A program made the position numbers and the translations under genes. From a virus: DNA of 64,000 bases. Every line of letters begins with the position of its first letter. Position 1 is the stretch's first letter. The notes under the pieces were generated by a model. That model was not told where the DNA came from and did not search any database. It saw only the letters and a list, made by a program, of their open reading frames with translations. The stretch is taken from positions 14,328 to 78,327 of IMG/VR virus record IMGVR_UViG_3300010354_000062, one strand, 5' to 3'. Shown piece by piece: positions 19,236 through 32,600 of this stretch.

Positions 19236-20823
19236 CTTTATGAATGTGTGTTTTTAAATATTGATATAGACTTGGACAGTCTTTTGCAATTTCTCGCCAA
19301 CGTGCTTTACGGGCTTCGAACATTTGAAAAATATGATCAAAGGATCTTTTGTAATCATCTTTGTATAAAGTTTCTCGGAGTGTCACTGTTGTTCTATCTA
19401 AAACAAAGTAATTCATACCAACACTGATCCAATTAATACCAGCTATATTTGAATCGTGACTATATTCAAACATTTTTGCACCTTGTAGTTTATAAAATCC
19501 TACCGCTGTTTCTGGTTCTAAATGAGGCATTCCTGGAGAATAGGTTCTCGATGCATTGGCCTTCCAATATTCTGTATCGTTTCTAATACTTAGGGCATAG
19601 TGCAAGGCAACAAACTGTGCAAAATTTCTCCACATGCCAAAGGTAGCAGCATTGTATACATCCTTGTCCCACTGTGTTACTGCTGGGCGCTCTAATGTTT
19701 TAATTAGTTTGAATAAGAATTCATGTACGGTATAAAGACCGTTTGACTCTAAAGGCTCAATAAAACCTGCGGCTAAACCAATAGCTACAACATTCTTGAC
19801 AAAGGTTCGATTATGTATACCAACACGCATCTGAATATCTTTGAATTCTAATGCATCCACTTCCTCTCTAGTGCGAGGAACTATCATTTTATCACTCATC
19901 AAATGCTGCTTGAATTCTTCTTGGGCTGCTTCAGGAGAAATAAATTTATCACTGTATACATAACCAGTTCCTAATCTTTCCCAACTAGGAATGTTCCATA
20001 CCCAACCGTTACCAATAGCGGTGCTGTTGGTAAATGGTTCTAATTCTTTATCTTTATCTTTATAAGGTAATCTCGTAGCCCATGCTCTGTTGTTGGGCAA
20101 CATATCAGCATAACTGATAAAAGGTTCGTTCAATGCACCTGCAAGTAAAATAGATTTAAATCCTGTGCAGTCAACATAAAGGTCGGCTGATATAGAATCG
20201 CCTGAATCTAAAACCAATTTTTCAATACCATTATCGTTGACTTTTATGTCAACGACGGTTGCAGGAATATGTGTAACTCCGCGAGGCTTACAGTACCGTT
20301 CCCTTAACCATGCACCAAATTTAGTTGCATCAAAGTGGTATGCTACGTCTGAGTCTGGATTATAATTATCAAGCAAGCCGTATTTGTTTAATGAAAATTT
20401 ATTCTGCTCCCATAGGGGTGAAGCAGGAAAAAAACAATCAACAAAATCTTGTATAGGAGTTTCGGGATATAGAGCTTTTTTAAGTAGCCAATCATTCATT
20501 CCGTTAACACAGCCCTCAACTAACGGCCGACCAAACGGATAATGAAATCCTCCCGCATCTTTTTCATAAAAATCAGTAAATTTGATGCTCATTTTATAAC
20601 TTGCATCTGTGTAAGTCATAAAATCTTGTTCGTCAATACCTAAAAAGTTACAGTAGTCATTAATGCCTCCAAGTGTGCTTTCGCCCACGCCAACAATTGG
20701 AACATTTGGACTTTCGATAACAACGATTTCTTTATTAGGAAATGCTTTTACGAGTGCTGCTGCACTCATCCAACCTGCACTTCCACCTCCTACAATAAGA
20801 ATTTTGTTAACTGGTTTTATCAT
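19225..20823 (-). CDS. Flavin-dependent (tryptophan) halogenase-like protein
   Basis: GGGSAGW, GVGEST, ASYKMSIKF (PrnA K79-type Lys), AYHFDA, DCTGF, WVWNIP, FIEPLESNG. Confidence 0.85.
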   Translation of the reverse strand: MIKPVNKILIVGGGSAGWMSAAALVKAFPNKEIVVIESPNVPIVGVGESTLGGINDYCNFLGIDEQDFMTYTDASYKMSIKFTDFYEKDAGGFHYPFGRPLVEGCVNGMNDWLLKKALYPETPIQDFVDCFFPASPLWEQNKFSLNKYGLLDNYNPDSDVAYHFDATKFGAWLRERYCKPRGVTHIPATVVDIKVNDNGIEKLVLDSGDSISADLYVDCTGFKSILLAGALNEPFISYADMLPNNRAWATRLPYKDKDKELEPFTNSTAIGNGWVWNIPSWERLGTGYVYSDKFISPEAAQEEFKQHLMSDKMIVPRTREEVDALEFKDIQMRVGIHNRTFVKNVVAIGLAAGFIEPLESNGLYTVHEFLFKLIKTLERPAVTQWDKDVYNAATFGMWRNFAQFVALHYALSIRNDTEYWKANASRTYSPGMPHLEPETAVGFYKLQGAKMFEYSHDSNIAGINWISVGMNYFVLDRTTVTLRETLYKDDYKRSFDHIFQMFEARKARWREIAKDCPSLYQYLKTHIHKGEE

Positions 20824-21197
20824 CTTGTGCTTTCCGCTAGAGCGAATACAATTGCATTTTCAAAATTTTGAATTGTAACGTCATCAACCTCTGCTGGCGA
20901 TAAATTAGTTAGATCATTATTTCTAAATGCGCCCATTTGATCGGCTAGCTGTTGTGTGTTAATTTTTTTATCTAAGAATGATTGATAAATTGCCACAACT
21001 TTAGCAACTAGATCTTTGATTTTTGTTTCATTTTGATTTCTAACAATAGCCTGAACCTTTAAACCGTCTAAAAGATCAATTGCTTTTAGATTAGGGGCTG
21101 GCGGCGAAACTACAGATGCTCCTTCCGGAGTCCAAACATGTTCAGTGCCTGGTGGTATTGTATATTCAACACCGTCTATAATTCTTTTTGTGCTCAT
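20820..21197 (-). CDS. Hypothetical protein
   Basis: 125 aa ORF, overlapping both neighbours by 4 nt. Confidence 0.5.
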   Translation of the reverse strand: MSTKRIIDGVEYTIPPGTEHVWTPEGASVVSPPAPNLKAIDLLDGLKVQAIVRNQNETKIKDLVAKVVAIYQSFLDKKINTQQLADQMGAFRNNDLTNLSPAEVDDVTIQNFENAIVFALAESTR

Positions 21198-21940
21198 TTT
21201 GCTTTCTCCTTGCGATTATTTTTTTTGAAGATATTGTACAGTTTACCAAGGCTATAGGAAATTCTTCGTCCTTTTAAAGCTGCCAATTCGTAATATTCTA
21301 ATGTACAATACTCCGCGGCTATATTTATCGGCTTTTCAGTCAGCGGAATATACTTCTGAAAGGGTAATCCTGCACTAAACTTAACAGTATAAGAACTAGA
21401 CTTCTTAGGGAAAAATAGATTGACATTGGTTACAAAATTGTTATAAAACTGTATAACTCCGTCACAAAAAATTACATCTTGATCATCAAACTCAGAAAAA
21501 TAACTAGGTTTAGTTAAAAACCATTTTATGTCGCTGTTGCATTCAGCTATCCAAGGACTGATAATTTTAGCATGAATATACTTGTCAGCTAGATGCGGAA
21601 ACTGTCCGCTATCATGAGGTTGAACTAATTGAGTGTTAGGATAGTTATTAGAATAACGCCATTCTATGGCGCTGTTTGGACCGTCAATAAAAAATTCTAA
21701 ATCAGACCAGCCTGGTATAGTTACTCCAGTAGTAAAATAATCATTTATAGCAGGACATCGTCTAATGGTTGGAGCTTTTAATGGTTCAAAATTGTCAGAT
21801 ACACTTCCGTCGCCGTTAAATGGAGGAGTTTTCTTAAACCATTCAGGAAACTTTTTTGAATGAGAAATGGGCGAAAGATTGCTAAGAAGGTAAGGATCAA
21901 AGGTTTTGAAAATAATTTCAATTGGTTTTGTTTTAAACAT
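21194..21940 (-). CDS. Hypothetical protein of the phage oxygenase-island type
   Basis: PEWFK..P, TIRRCPAI.D, TIP.W.D, KI.SPW, G.P..YIP. Preceded by TAAATA. Confidence 0.55.
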   Translation of the reverse strand: MFKTKPIEIIFKTFDPYLLSNLSPISHSKKFPEWFKKTPPFNGDGSVSDNFEPLKAPTIRRCPAINDYFTTGVTIPGWSDLEFFIDGPNSAIEWRYSNNYPNTQLVQPHDSGQFPHLADKYIHAKIISPWIAECNSDIKWFLTKPSYFSEFDDQDVIFCDGVIQFYNNFVTNVNLFFPKKSSSYTVKFSAGLPFQKYIPLTEKPINIAAEYCTLEYYELAALKGRRISYSLGKLYNIFKKNNRKEKAK

Positions 21941-21978
21941 TAAATATTTATAGACCTAAATCTTACATATAGCTAATC

Positions 21979-24421
<2,443 letters not shown>

Positions 24422-24449
24422 ATCAAAATATCCTGTATAATATAATAGC

Positions 24450-24833
24450 TTATTTAAACGAATTTGCTAACTGCAAAATAGTTTCTAATTTAGATTGAAT
24501 AATATCGTTGTGCAAAGTTTGCTTTAGGCCGCTGTGTAAATTTTTTGGTAGTTCCAACAGATCGCACCAAGCAATAGTCTTTACAGAATTAGTTAAAAAT
24601 TCTTCATCTACTAGGCAAACATACGTGCCGTACTCAAATCCTTTGTCCATGCTTAGATAAAGTTCAATGGGCAAAATCTTACCAGGAGCGAATTGCTGAA
24701 GTAAGATTTCTGAGTCCTGTAGAACTGAACTTTCTCTCACAAAGGTAGGTATCGTCCATTTTTGATCTTGATGGATCAATAAAATTCTACCTGTAGATTT
24801 AGATAAAAATAGTAAACCGGCACGCTGCTGCAT
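24450..24833 (-). CDS. Degenerate NUDIX-like protein
   Basis: AGLLFLS..TGRILL, Y..YVCLV.EEF, AWC....P..LH. The Nudix box GX5EX7REUXEE is missing. Confidence 0.4.
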   Translation of the reverse strand: MQQRAGLLFLSKSTGRILLIHQDQKWTIPTFVRESSVLQDSEILLQQFAPGKILPIELYLSMDKGFEYGTYVCLVDEEFLTNSVKTIAWCDLLELPKNLHSGLKQTLHNDIIQSKLETILQLANSFK

Positions 24834-24841
24834 GCCTTTAC

Positions 24842-26338
24842 TTATGCGTCTAAATCAAAGCGCCAATAACCTTCTGAATATTCACCTTCAAAGGAACGTA
24901 GCCATTGTGTACCGTCCCATTTATATTGAATGCCAGTGGTTAGATTACTCACATATTGATTTGGAGCAGCAGTTTCTGGATCAAAAGTCTTTAGCCAAGT
25001 TGAACCATTCCATTCTATAATCGTATTTGCTTTTATAACCAAATCAGATCCGGATAAGTCTTTCCATGCGTCAGGACCGTCATAGGCATTTAAGGAAGAA
25101 TTATCATTACTCCACTTGTTGGTTTCTAAAAACTGTCCAACATTAGGACTAGTGTTTACGTCATCTAACATTAGATATCTAGTTCCCGCAGGTATATTTG
25201 CAATAGAACCAAATTTCTTTATTGGGTTAAACTTATAAGGATCAACTATGGCAGTTAGTGCTGCTAAGGTATTTGTTGGAATAGTATCAACATCTAACTC
25301 TACCACTAGGTAACTTGGATCTAACTCATTTACCGCAAACGTGCCTACTATTTCGTAACCGTTGGGTTGTAAGAAATGTATTCTGCTGGTTGGTGTATAT
25401 CCACCATATAATTCTAAAACTTTGTTCCAATCAACTTTAGTAGCATAGGCCTTTGCCGGAGGATTTAGGCCCAAAGCGATAATAGCCTGATTAGGATCTA
25501 AAATAGTACAGTCGTACATGCCTGTTGAATTATTACGCATGAGTAAAACTTTAAATCCGCCTTTTTGCAATCTCAAATTTGTTGTAATTGCTAGGCTATC
25601 TGCATCAGAGTTTTGATCATCATAGATTAAATTTTCTAAATCTAGTAATTGACCCGATTCGCCAAAAATATTCATAACAATATTTTTGATTATTCCTAAT
25701 TTCTTAACCTTAGCCGGCGCAGTCAAGTATATTGGTGTTTCAAATTCTAATGTAGCGATATCTATTTCGCTTTCTGTACCTTGTGGTATTGTTCTAGAAC
25801 TGAAATTCACACTGGTTAGCTGTACGATACTAAGACTGGTCCAATCAACATAATTGTCTGTAGTTTGTATTTCTAAACTTGGTGTGAACATCACTAGAAT
25901 TTGTTCCAATAATTGTAATTTTTGATCAGTGTTACTGGTCCAAATATCTGCTTTGAATCTAATCTTATAGGGCACAGGCATAAGGCGTTCAACAGTATAG
26001 CCACCGCCTTGGTAATCACCATAGACTCTATCGCCATTGTCGTCAAGTGTATAACTTCTTTCTCGAATGTTCATCTTTCCAACAAAGCTGAAATCGCCCT
26101 GACGAGATTGATCCATTTCTAATGCACTGATATAGCAGGCAATCTTAGGCACAGTCAACAATTTGTTTTCGCTGTTTTCTTTGATAATTGCCGAAGCCTG
26201 ACGTGTAAGATCTCCGTACATCACAGGCACTTGACGTTCTTCGGGAGTATCGCCACCAGTTTTATATTTGAATCCAATAAAGATTCTCATAAACTGTGTT
26301 AGGTAACGTCTTATTTGACCGTCATAAAAATAATCCAT
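24842..26338 (-). CDS. gp15: Tail sheath stabiliser/terminator (T4 gp15-like) with a C-terminal extension
   Basis: YFYD.QIRRY..QF...F, VPV.YG, PVPY.I....IW......QLLEQIL..F.P, IATL.F. Confidence 0.8.
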   Translation of the reverse strand: MDYFYDGQIRRYLTQFMRIFIGFKYKTGGDTPEERQVPVMYGDLTRQASAIIKENSENKLLTVPKIACYISALEMDQSRQGDFSFVGKMNIRERSYTLDDNGDRVYGDYQGGGYTVERLMPVPYKIRFKADIWTSNTDQKLQLLEQILVMFTPSLEIQTTDNYVDWTSLSIVQLTSVNFSSRTIPQGTESEIDIATLEFETPIYLTAPAKVKKLGIIKNIVMNIFGESGQLLDLENLIYDDQNSDADSLAITTNLRLQKGGFKVLLMRNNSTGMYDCTILDPNQAIIALGLNPPAKAYATKVDWNKVLELYGGYTPTSRIHFLQPNGYEIVGTFAVNELDPSYLVVELDVDTIPTNTLAALTAIVDPYKFNPIKKFGSIANIPAGTRYLMLDDVNTSPNVGQFLETNKWSNDNSSLNAYDGPDAWKDLSGSDLVIKANTIIEWNGSTWLKTFDPETAAPNQYVSNLTTGIQYKWDGTQWLRSFEGEYSEGYWRFDLDA

Positions 26339-27729
26339 TATTCATCTGCCTCTGGTCTCAAAGCCTTGCTGAGACTTTGTTTTTCTTTTACTGTTTTGCC
26401 GTTGATCTGTGATACCTTAGTGTTGTTTACAAATCCAGCACGTTGAGTATTTGGTACATCTTTGCCTTCGTAACGAGCGCCGTCTGCAACATCACTTGGA
26501 CCTAACTTGCTCATTGTTGTTCTCACATTGTCCTCTACTTTGGTCCATCTACGTCCATCAAATCTAAACAGCCTATTAGGCGAAAAATCTTTGCGCAGGC
26601 AAAATTGACCTATGACAGGATTCAAAGGGAACGCAATGCCAGCTGTATACGGAGCCCCATTGGGAGGTATCCCATCGCCAAGTAGAAATCCGTCGTATCC
26701 TGATTTTGCTGCTGTATGAAATGCTGTGCTGGCAGTTATACCAACATATATTGGGTCACCATTATCATCAAATAAAGGATTACCTGCTTCATCAGTTGCC
26801 TGTGTTTGTACACTTGCATCTATGTCGTTTAGATCAACAGTAACTATAGCTGGACGTTGATCTTCGTCTACGGTTAGAGTATATAACTGGGTAGTATCGT
26901 ATCCGCTCTTAGGAGCATCTGCTTCGGCTTGATCAAGAACTGCCTTGGTAATCTGCATTTCTTTTTCGTAGGTGCTCATTATTTCTCTGAGAGAATCAGC
27001 AAGTTTATAATAGGTAGTATTTGGCGGTGCTATACCAGTAACTGTTGATATGACTTCGTATTTTTTACCGTCACTACCTATTACAATATCGCCTGGATCA
27101 TAGGTAATAGCACTATTCCAATTACCAACTAGAGCATCCCTATTAGCTACATCTTCTAATATTTCTTTAAATTCTTGACTGTCTACTAGGGGTTTACATT
27201 TAGCTCGATAAAGGTGAGGATACCAAGTAACTGAAAATCCTTCTGCTGCACGATTGACCTCTTCAACTACATAGAATCTACGTAAAGCAAAGTTTAAATC
27301 GTTGAGAGCGTATTCATCTTTTAAGTGAGGTAATTCTAGTACATCACCTGATATAATTTTACGACCTAATTTTTCAACTGTATCATTAATATGAAAGGTA
27401 ATAAAAATTGTGTCATTCTGTAAAAACAAACCAAACTGACTGAGATTAAAATCTATATCAGTGAGGTTATAAACACCACGCATTATGTAAACATCTGGAT
27501 CATATTTGCGATCTCTGTTTTCAAGCAATAGCAAATCTTGTATGTTTAAAGGATCGTCGTTGTTATAAACAGGTTGGCTAGGACTGCCATCAGATGAGGA
27601 TGTATTAGGACCTAGATATTTGTGTATTAGGACATCAGTGCCGCCAACCTGAAACATTTCCCAAATATTGCGGTCTATAAACTTGTAATCGTTGCCCTTT
27701 TGCGGGCGATAAAGGCTTAATCGTGGCAT
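26338..27729 (-). CDS. gp14: Neck protein (T4 gp14-like) with extra modules
   Basis: LSQFGL, I.FH, GDVLELP.L, F.V.EV. Adjacent to gp13 and gp15. Confidence 0.7.
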   Translation of the reverse strand: MPRLSLYRPQKGNDYKFIDRNIWEMFQVGGTDVLIHKYLGPNTSSSDGSPSQPVYNNDDPLNIQDLLLLENRDRKYDPDVYIMRGVYNLTDIDFNLSQFGLFLQNDTIFITFHINDTVEKLGRKIISGDVLELPHLKDEYALNDLNFALRRFYVVEEVNRAAEGFSVTWYPHLYRAKCKPLVDSQEFKEILEDVANRDALVGNWNSAITYDPGDIVIGSDGKKYEVISTVTGIAPPNTTYYKLADSLREIMSTYEKEMQITKAVLDQAEADAPKSGYDTTQLYTLTVDEDQRPAIVTVDLNDIDASVQTQATDEAGNPLFDDNGDPIYVGITASTAFHTAAKSGYDGFLLGDGIPPNGAPYTAGIAFPLNPVIGQFCLRKDFSPNRLFRFDGRRWTKVEDNVRTTMSKLGPSDVADGARYEGKDVPNTQRAGFVNNTKVSQINGKTVKEKQSLSKALRPEADE

Positions 27730-27734
27730 AACTG

Positions 27735-27755
27735 TATTTACCGATACACTAAATA
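27735..27755. promoter_or_regulatory. Back-to-back late promoters for gp14 (-) and gp13 (+)
   Basis: tattta at 27735-27740 and taaata at 27750-27755, each 5 nt from its ATG. Confidence 0.7.
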
Positions 27756-27760
27756 GCTAT

Positions 27761-28519
27761 ATGAGCCAAGTTGACCAATCTAGACAGGAAGTCTATAATT
27801 ACTGTAAAACCATGTTGGGCGACGGCATGGTTGATGTTGAGCTTGATCCAGCACACTATCAAACTGCGCTAGATCGTGCCCTTGCTGTTTTTCGGCAGCG
27901 CAGTGACAATGCCTACGAAGAAAGTTTTGCATTTTTAACCATACAAAACGAACAAAACGAATATATTCTGCCTAAAGAAATTCAGCAGGTAAGACAAATT
28001 TACCGTCGTAGTATTGGCAGTAGAACGGGTAGTGGTTCAGGTGGTACAGTATTTGAACCTTTTAACTTGGCATATTCTAATACCTATTTGCTTAGTTCAA
28101 CCAATATGGGCGGTTTACTAACCTATGAATTATTTGCTGGGTATCAAGAATTAGTAGGTAAGATGTTTGGTAGTTTTATCAACTTTCATTGGAATCCACA
28201 AGCACATAAATTAACTATCCACCAGCGTCCTCGCAGTGATGAAGAAGTTATGTTGTGGTGCTATAATGTCAAACCAGACTTTGCCATCATCAACGATGTC
28301 TATGCTGGACAATGGGTGAAAGATTTCAGCCTAGCCAACTGTAAAATGATGCTAGGACAGGCACGTGAAAAGTTTGCTCAGATTGCAGGACCTCAGGGCG
28401 GAAGCAGCCTCAACGGTGCTGCTTTAAAGTCTGAAGCACAAGCTGAAATTGAAAAGCTCACTGATGACCTAATGAAATTGGTCCCCGGTGGCCAAGGATA
28501 TACTTTTATCATAGGTTGA
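27761..28519 (+). CDS. gp13: Neck protein (T4 gp13-like)
   Basis: YC...LG...VDVEL, WVK....A..K..LGQAR.KF....GP.GG..LNG..L..EA..E. Confidence 0.85.
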   Translation: MSQVDQSRQEVYNYCKTMLGDGMVDVELDPAHYQTALDRALAVFRQRSDNAYEESFAFLTIQNEQNEYILPKEIQQVRQIYRRSIGSRTGSGSGGTVFEPFNLAYSNTYLLSSTNMGGLLTYELFAGYQELVGKMFGSFINFHWNPQAHKLTIHQRPRSDEEVMLWCYNVKPDFAIINDVYAGQWVKDFSLANCKMMLGQAREKFAQIAGPQGGSSLNGAALKSEAQAEIEKLTDDLMKLVPGGQGYTFIIG

Positions 28520-28544
28520 CATTAATCTTTAACGATCTTAAACT
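28516..28544 (+). promoter_or_regulatory. Sigma70-type promoter for the dNMP kinase
   Basis: TTGACA (28516-28521), 17 nt spacer, TAAACT (28539-28544). Confidence 0.65.
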
Positions 28545-28567
28545 GTATGTAAGTTTAAGGATTGTTT

Positions 28568-29188
28568 ATGATTATTGGAATTTGCGGTTGGATAGGCAGC
28601 GGCAAGGATACGGTAGCAGATTACCTAGTTAATTTTCACGAGTTTCGTAGAGAAAGTTTTGCTGGCCCGCTCAAAGATGCTGTCTCGGCTGTCTTTGGAT
28701 GGGATCGTACACTATTAGAAGGACGCACTAAAGAAGCTAGAGAGTGGCGAGAACAAATAGATCCTTGGTGGGCAGAACGTTTATCTATGCCCACACTAAC
28801 ACCGCGTTGGGTTCTACAGTACTGGGGCACTGAAGTTTGTCGTAGGACATTTCATGACGATATCTGGATCGCTTCAATTGAAAATAAGCTAAGGTCGACT
28901 AAAGACAATGTTGTTATTAGTGACTGCCGTTTTCCTAACGAGATGACTTCAATCAAACGTGCCGGTGGAAAAATCATATGGGTGCAGAGGGGTGAACATC
29001 CTAGTTGGTTTGAACACGCTATTCTAGCTAATCAAGGGAATAATGCAGCTCTAAACGCTATGAAATCTCTCGGTATACACGCTAGTGAATGGGCTTGGGT
29101 TGGCAGTGATTTTGATGCTATTATTCAAAACAATTCTACCATCGACGATCTGTACTCCGCGGTAGAATCATTAGTAATCGCTGATTAG
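28568..29188 (+). CDS. gp1: Deoxynucleoside monophosphate kinase (T4 gp1-like)
   Basis: IIGICG.IGSGKDTVA, FA.PLKDA, R.VLQ..GTE, VISDCRFPNE, H.SE. Confidence 0.9.
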   Translation: MIIGICGWIGSGKDTVADYLVNFHEFRRESFAGPLKDAVSAVFGWDRTLLEGRTKEAREWREQIDPWWAERLSMPTLTPRWVLQYWGTEVCRRTFHDDIWIASIENKLRSTKDNVVISDCRFPNEMTSIKRAGGKIIWVQRGEHPSWFEHAILANQGNNAALNAMKSLGIHASEWAWVGSDFDAIIQNNSTIDDLYSAVESLVIAD

Positions 29189-29506
29189 ATCTCCCTGTTT
29201 CCAGGTTATACCTTCTTTGCTTAGTATTTGACAGCAATTACAGCATACTGTCTTAAGATTGAGATGTCGGCAGTTATCTAAATTGCCGTCAACGTGGAAC
29301 ACTCTAAATACCTCTTTGTGAGGACTGCGAAATCCGCATTTATCGCAGATATTCTTTAGTTTATAACCGGCTCTATGCCAGCGCGGTATACCATGATATA
29401 AACCATGAGCTAGGCATATTTCGCATAAACTGCGATAGTATGTTTTATTACCTTTCTTATAATTTACAGCGCGGGGTCGTTGTCCGCACCTACAAAGCGG
29501 CCTCAT
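29171..29506 (-). CDS. Zinc-binding HNH-like endonuclease
   Basis: CxC/CxxC clusters, C.KCGF, VFHVDGNLDNC...NL.TVC.NC. Start moved to the ATG at 29506, 5 nt after TAAATA. Confidence 0.65.
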   Translation of the reverse strand: MRPLCRCGQRPRAVNYKKGNKTYYRSLCEICLAHGLYHGIPRWHRAGYKLKNICDKCGFRSPHKEVFRVFHVDGNLDNCRHLNLKTVCCNCCQILSKEGITWKQGDLISDY

Positions 29507-29612
29507 GCAAGTATTTAAACCTTTTGCATCCCTTTTCTCCTTTGCGTAACTCACCATTTTTAAAGGTAAACGCTAAATATTACTACATTGATTTGAACCA
29601 GGAGAATATCCA

Positions 29613-32600
29613 ATGGCACTAATTTCACCAGGAGTCGAGGTTACCGTAATTGATGAGAGTTTTTATACACCAGCTGAACCTGGTACAGTACCTCTCGTAG
29701 TTGTAGCCACCGCAGAGAATAAACTAAATGGAGCAGGCACAGCCGTTGCTTCAGGAACACTCGAGTCTAACGTAGGACGAGTATTTAAAGTAACAAGCCA
29801 ACGTGAGCTTGTTGAACTATTTGGAGCGCCTTTCTTTGAAAAGACTGCAAGCGGAAGTCCAGTACACGGCGGAGAACGCAACGAGTACGGTCTACTAGCT
29901 GCTTACAGTTTACTAGGTGTTTCAAACGCAGCATTTATTTTACGTGCTGGCGTTAACTTAAATGAGTTAGAAGGACAAACAGACACCCCGGGAGCAACAC
30001 CAGATGATGGTCAATGGTGGTTTGACACACGTTCTACCACATGGGGCATCAACGAATGGAACGGTGCAGCCATTGCTGACGGTGGACAAAAGTTCACAGC
30101 TAAAACTCCATTGGTTCTAACTGACGACGATGTTGATAACATTGGCACGGCCGATGCTTATTTTGGTACACTTGGTGGTGCACCAAAAGCTGCCGTTGGT
30201 ACTATCGGTGATTATTGTGTAGTATGGCAGACTGTGCTTGAAAGTGGAACATATTCAGCAAGTAAAGAACTAGCAAGACTGTGGTACAAGAGTGCAGGTA
30301 ATTCTGCACTAGGTATTTCTGCAGGTGCTTGGGTATTAGTTGGCTCACCAGAATGGGCAGCAAGTCATCCAACAGCATATAGTACCGCTGCAATTACAGG
30401 TAGTTTAACAGCTGGACACCAATTTACAATTAATGGTACAACTATTACAGCGGCCGCTACAGTAGCAGGTACTGTAAGTAACATTAACACAGCAATGAAT
30501 GGCAGCGGAATTACTGCTGTATTCAAGAACAGTCGTGTTTATATCTATAGTGACGGCACATCAACCGCAGAAGGTGGTGACTCAACTACTGTAGCAGGCG
30601 GCACCGGTGGTGTAGTTCTAGCTAATGTAGGACCTAACACCCCATTGGCAACATTGCAAATAACTGCTGGAACTTATATGGCTCCTGCACTTGCTCAACA
30701 ACCACATACAAGCGTTCCACTATTTAGAAGATCAGATTTTGGAACTACTGTAAATGGTCGCCCAACAGGTTCACTATGGTTAAAGACCACAGAACCAAAC
30801 AACGGAGCACGCATCCGTTTGAAGAAGTATAACGCTTCAACATCAGCATGGGTAGCACAAGATGCTCCTTTGTACGCTAACCCACACGCTGCTCTATATT
30901 ACTTAGATCGCAGTGGTGGCGGCAGCAACCTAGGTGCTAATGTTACTTTTGTGCAGACAAATGCACTAGAACATGTTGGTTCTTACGATGCAACAACAGG
31001 TGCATTGAATGGTTTTGATGCTCCAGACGAAACAACAGCCAGCGCAGTTTATCGTGCATGGATTCGTGCAAGTGGTGCTGAAACAACAATCACATCTAAG
31101 GTAGTTGGATCTGGAACACTAGCAGCAGGTTCAAGTCGTAGTTTTACAATTAAACAGTCTATCACAGGTGATTTGAGTTTAAGTGCTGCTGCAACAGTAA
31201 CATTCAACACCGCAGGTACAGCTGACGATGCATTTACAATTGCTGCGGCAATTAATGCTTTAGAATTCGTTGACAGTAACGGCGATGCAATTACAAACAA
31301 CGTAGTAGCAAGTGTTTCTGCTAGTAACGAATTAATTATCAAGCACAAAACAGCAGGCGACATTAGACTACATCCTGGTAGCGGATTAAATGTTATCGGT
31401 ACATTGTTCACAGTATTTGATCTTGAAGATGGTACTGGAACAGCTAATTTCTATGCGCTAACACCTACAGCAGATGCCACATACGGTATTACAGAAGGTG
31501 CAGTTGATGATTATCTAGTAAGTCTATGGAAACCAATGGCCAATATTGGGTTTGATGCAGTAGGCAACGAGCCATTGAACGAGCCAGCAGACGGTCAATT
31601 GTGGTACAATCCAAGTTTTGGCGATGTTGATATTATGATCCACAACGGCACAACATGGGTTGGTTACTTAGATTCAACTAGTCCATTCTATAGTGCTACA
31701 GCTTCATTGAAGACAGACCCAGCAGGACCAATCGTAAGTGCTACAATGCCAGAAACACAGAGTGATTATACACCGCTGGTAAATGGCGATCTATGGATTA
31801 GCACAGCTGATCTAGAAAACTTCCCAACAATCTACAAGTTTAATCCAGATGTAGGTACAACTCTAGCAGCACGTTGGGTATTGTTAGACAAGACTGATCA
31901 GACCAGCGAAGATGGCGTATTGTTTGCTGACGCTCGTGCAGGCACAAGCGGCGGTACAGCAACACAGGCTCCTAGCGGTAGTATTGCTGAACTATTGAGC
32001 AGCAACTTCCTAGACTTTGATGCCCCAGATCCAGATCTATATCCAAAAGGCATGCTGCTATGGAACACTCGTGTAAGCGGCGGCAATGTTAAGAAATATA
32101 ACAATAACTATGTTGACCTAACAGCAGATAACCCACGTATGGGCGATGTTTCAATGGGCTCATACTGGCCAGATCGTTGGACTACAGCAAGTCCAAACAA
32201 CGAGGACGGTTCAGGTAGCTTTGGTCGTAAGGCACAGCGTTCTTGCGTAGTAGCTGCTCTAAAGAGTGTAGTTGATACCAGCTTAGAAGTACGTGACGAA
32301 GAACGTCGTAACTTTAACTTGATCAGCTGCCCTGGTTACCCAGAGTTGTTAAGCAACTTAATTAACCTCAACTTAGATCGCAGAGTAACTGCATTCGTAG
32401 TTGGTGATACACCTCTACGTCTACAAGCAGATGCAACAAGCCTGACAAACTGGGGTACAAATGCTAACCTAGCATTTGACAACGGTGATGACGGTATTGT
32501 TACCTATGACGAGTACGCTGCGGTATGGTATCCAAACGGATTTACCACTGACCTAAGCGGTACAAACGCAGTAGTTCCTGCAAGTCATATGATGCTTAGA

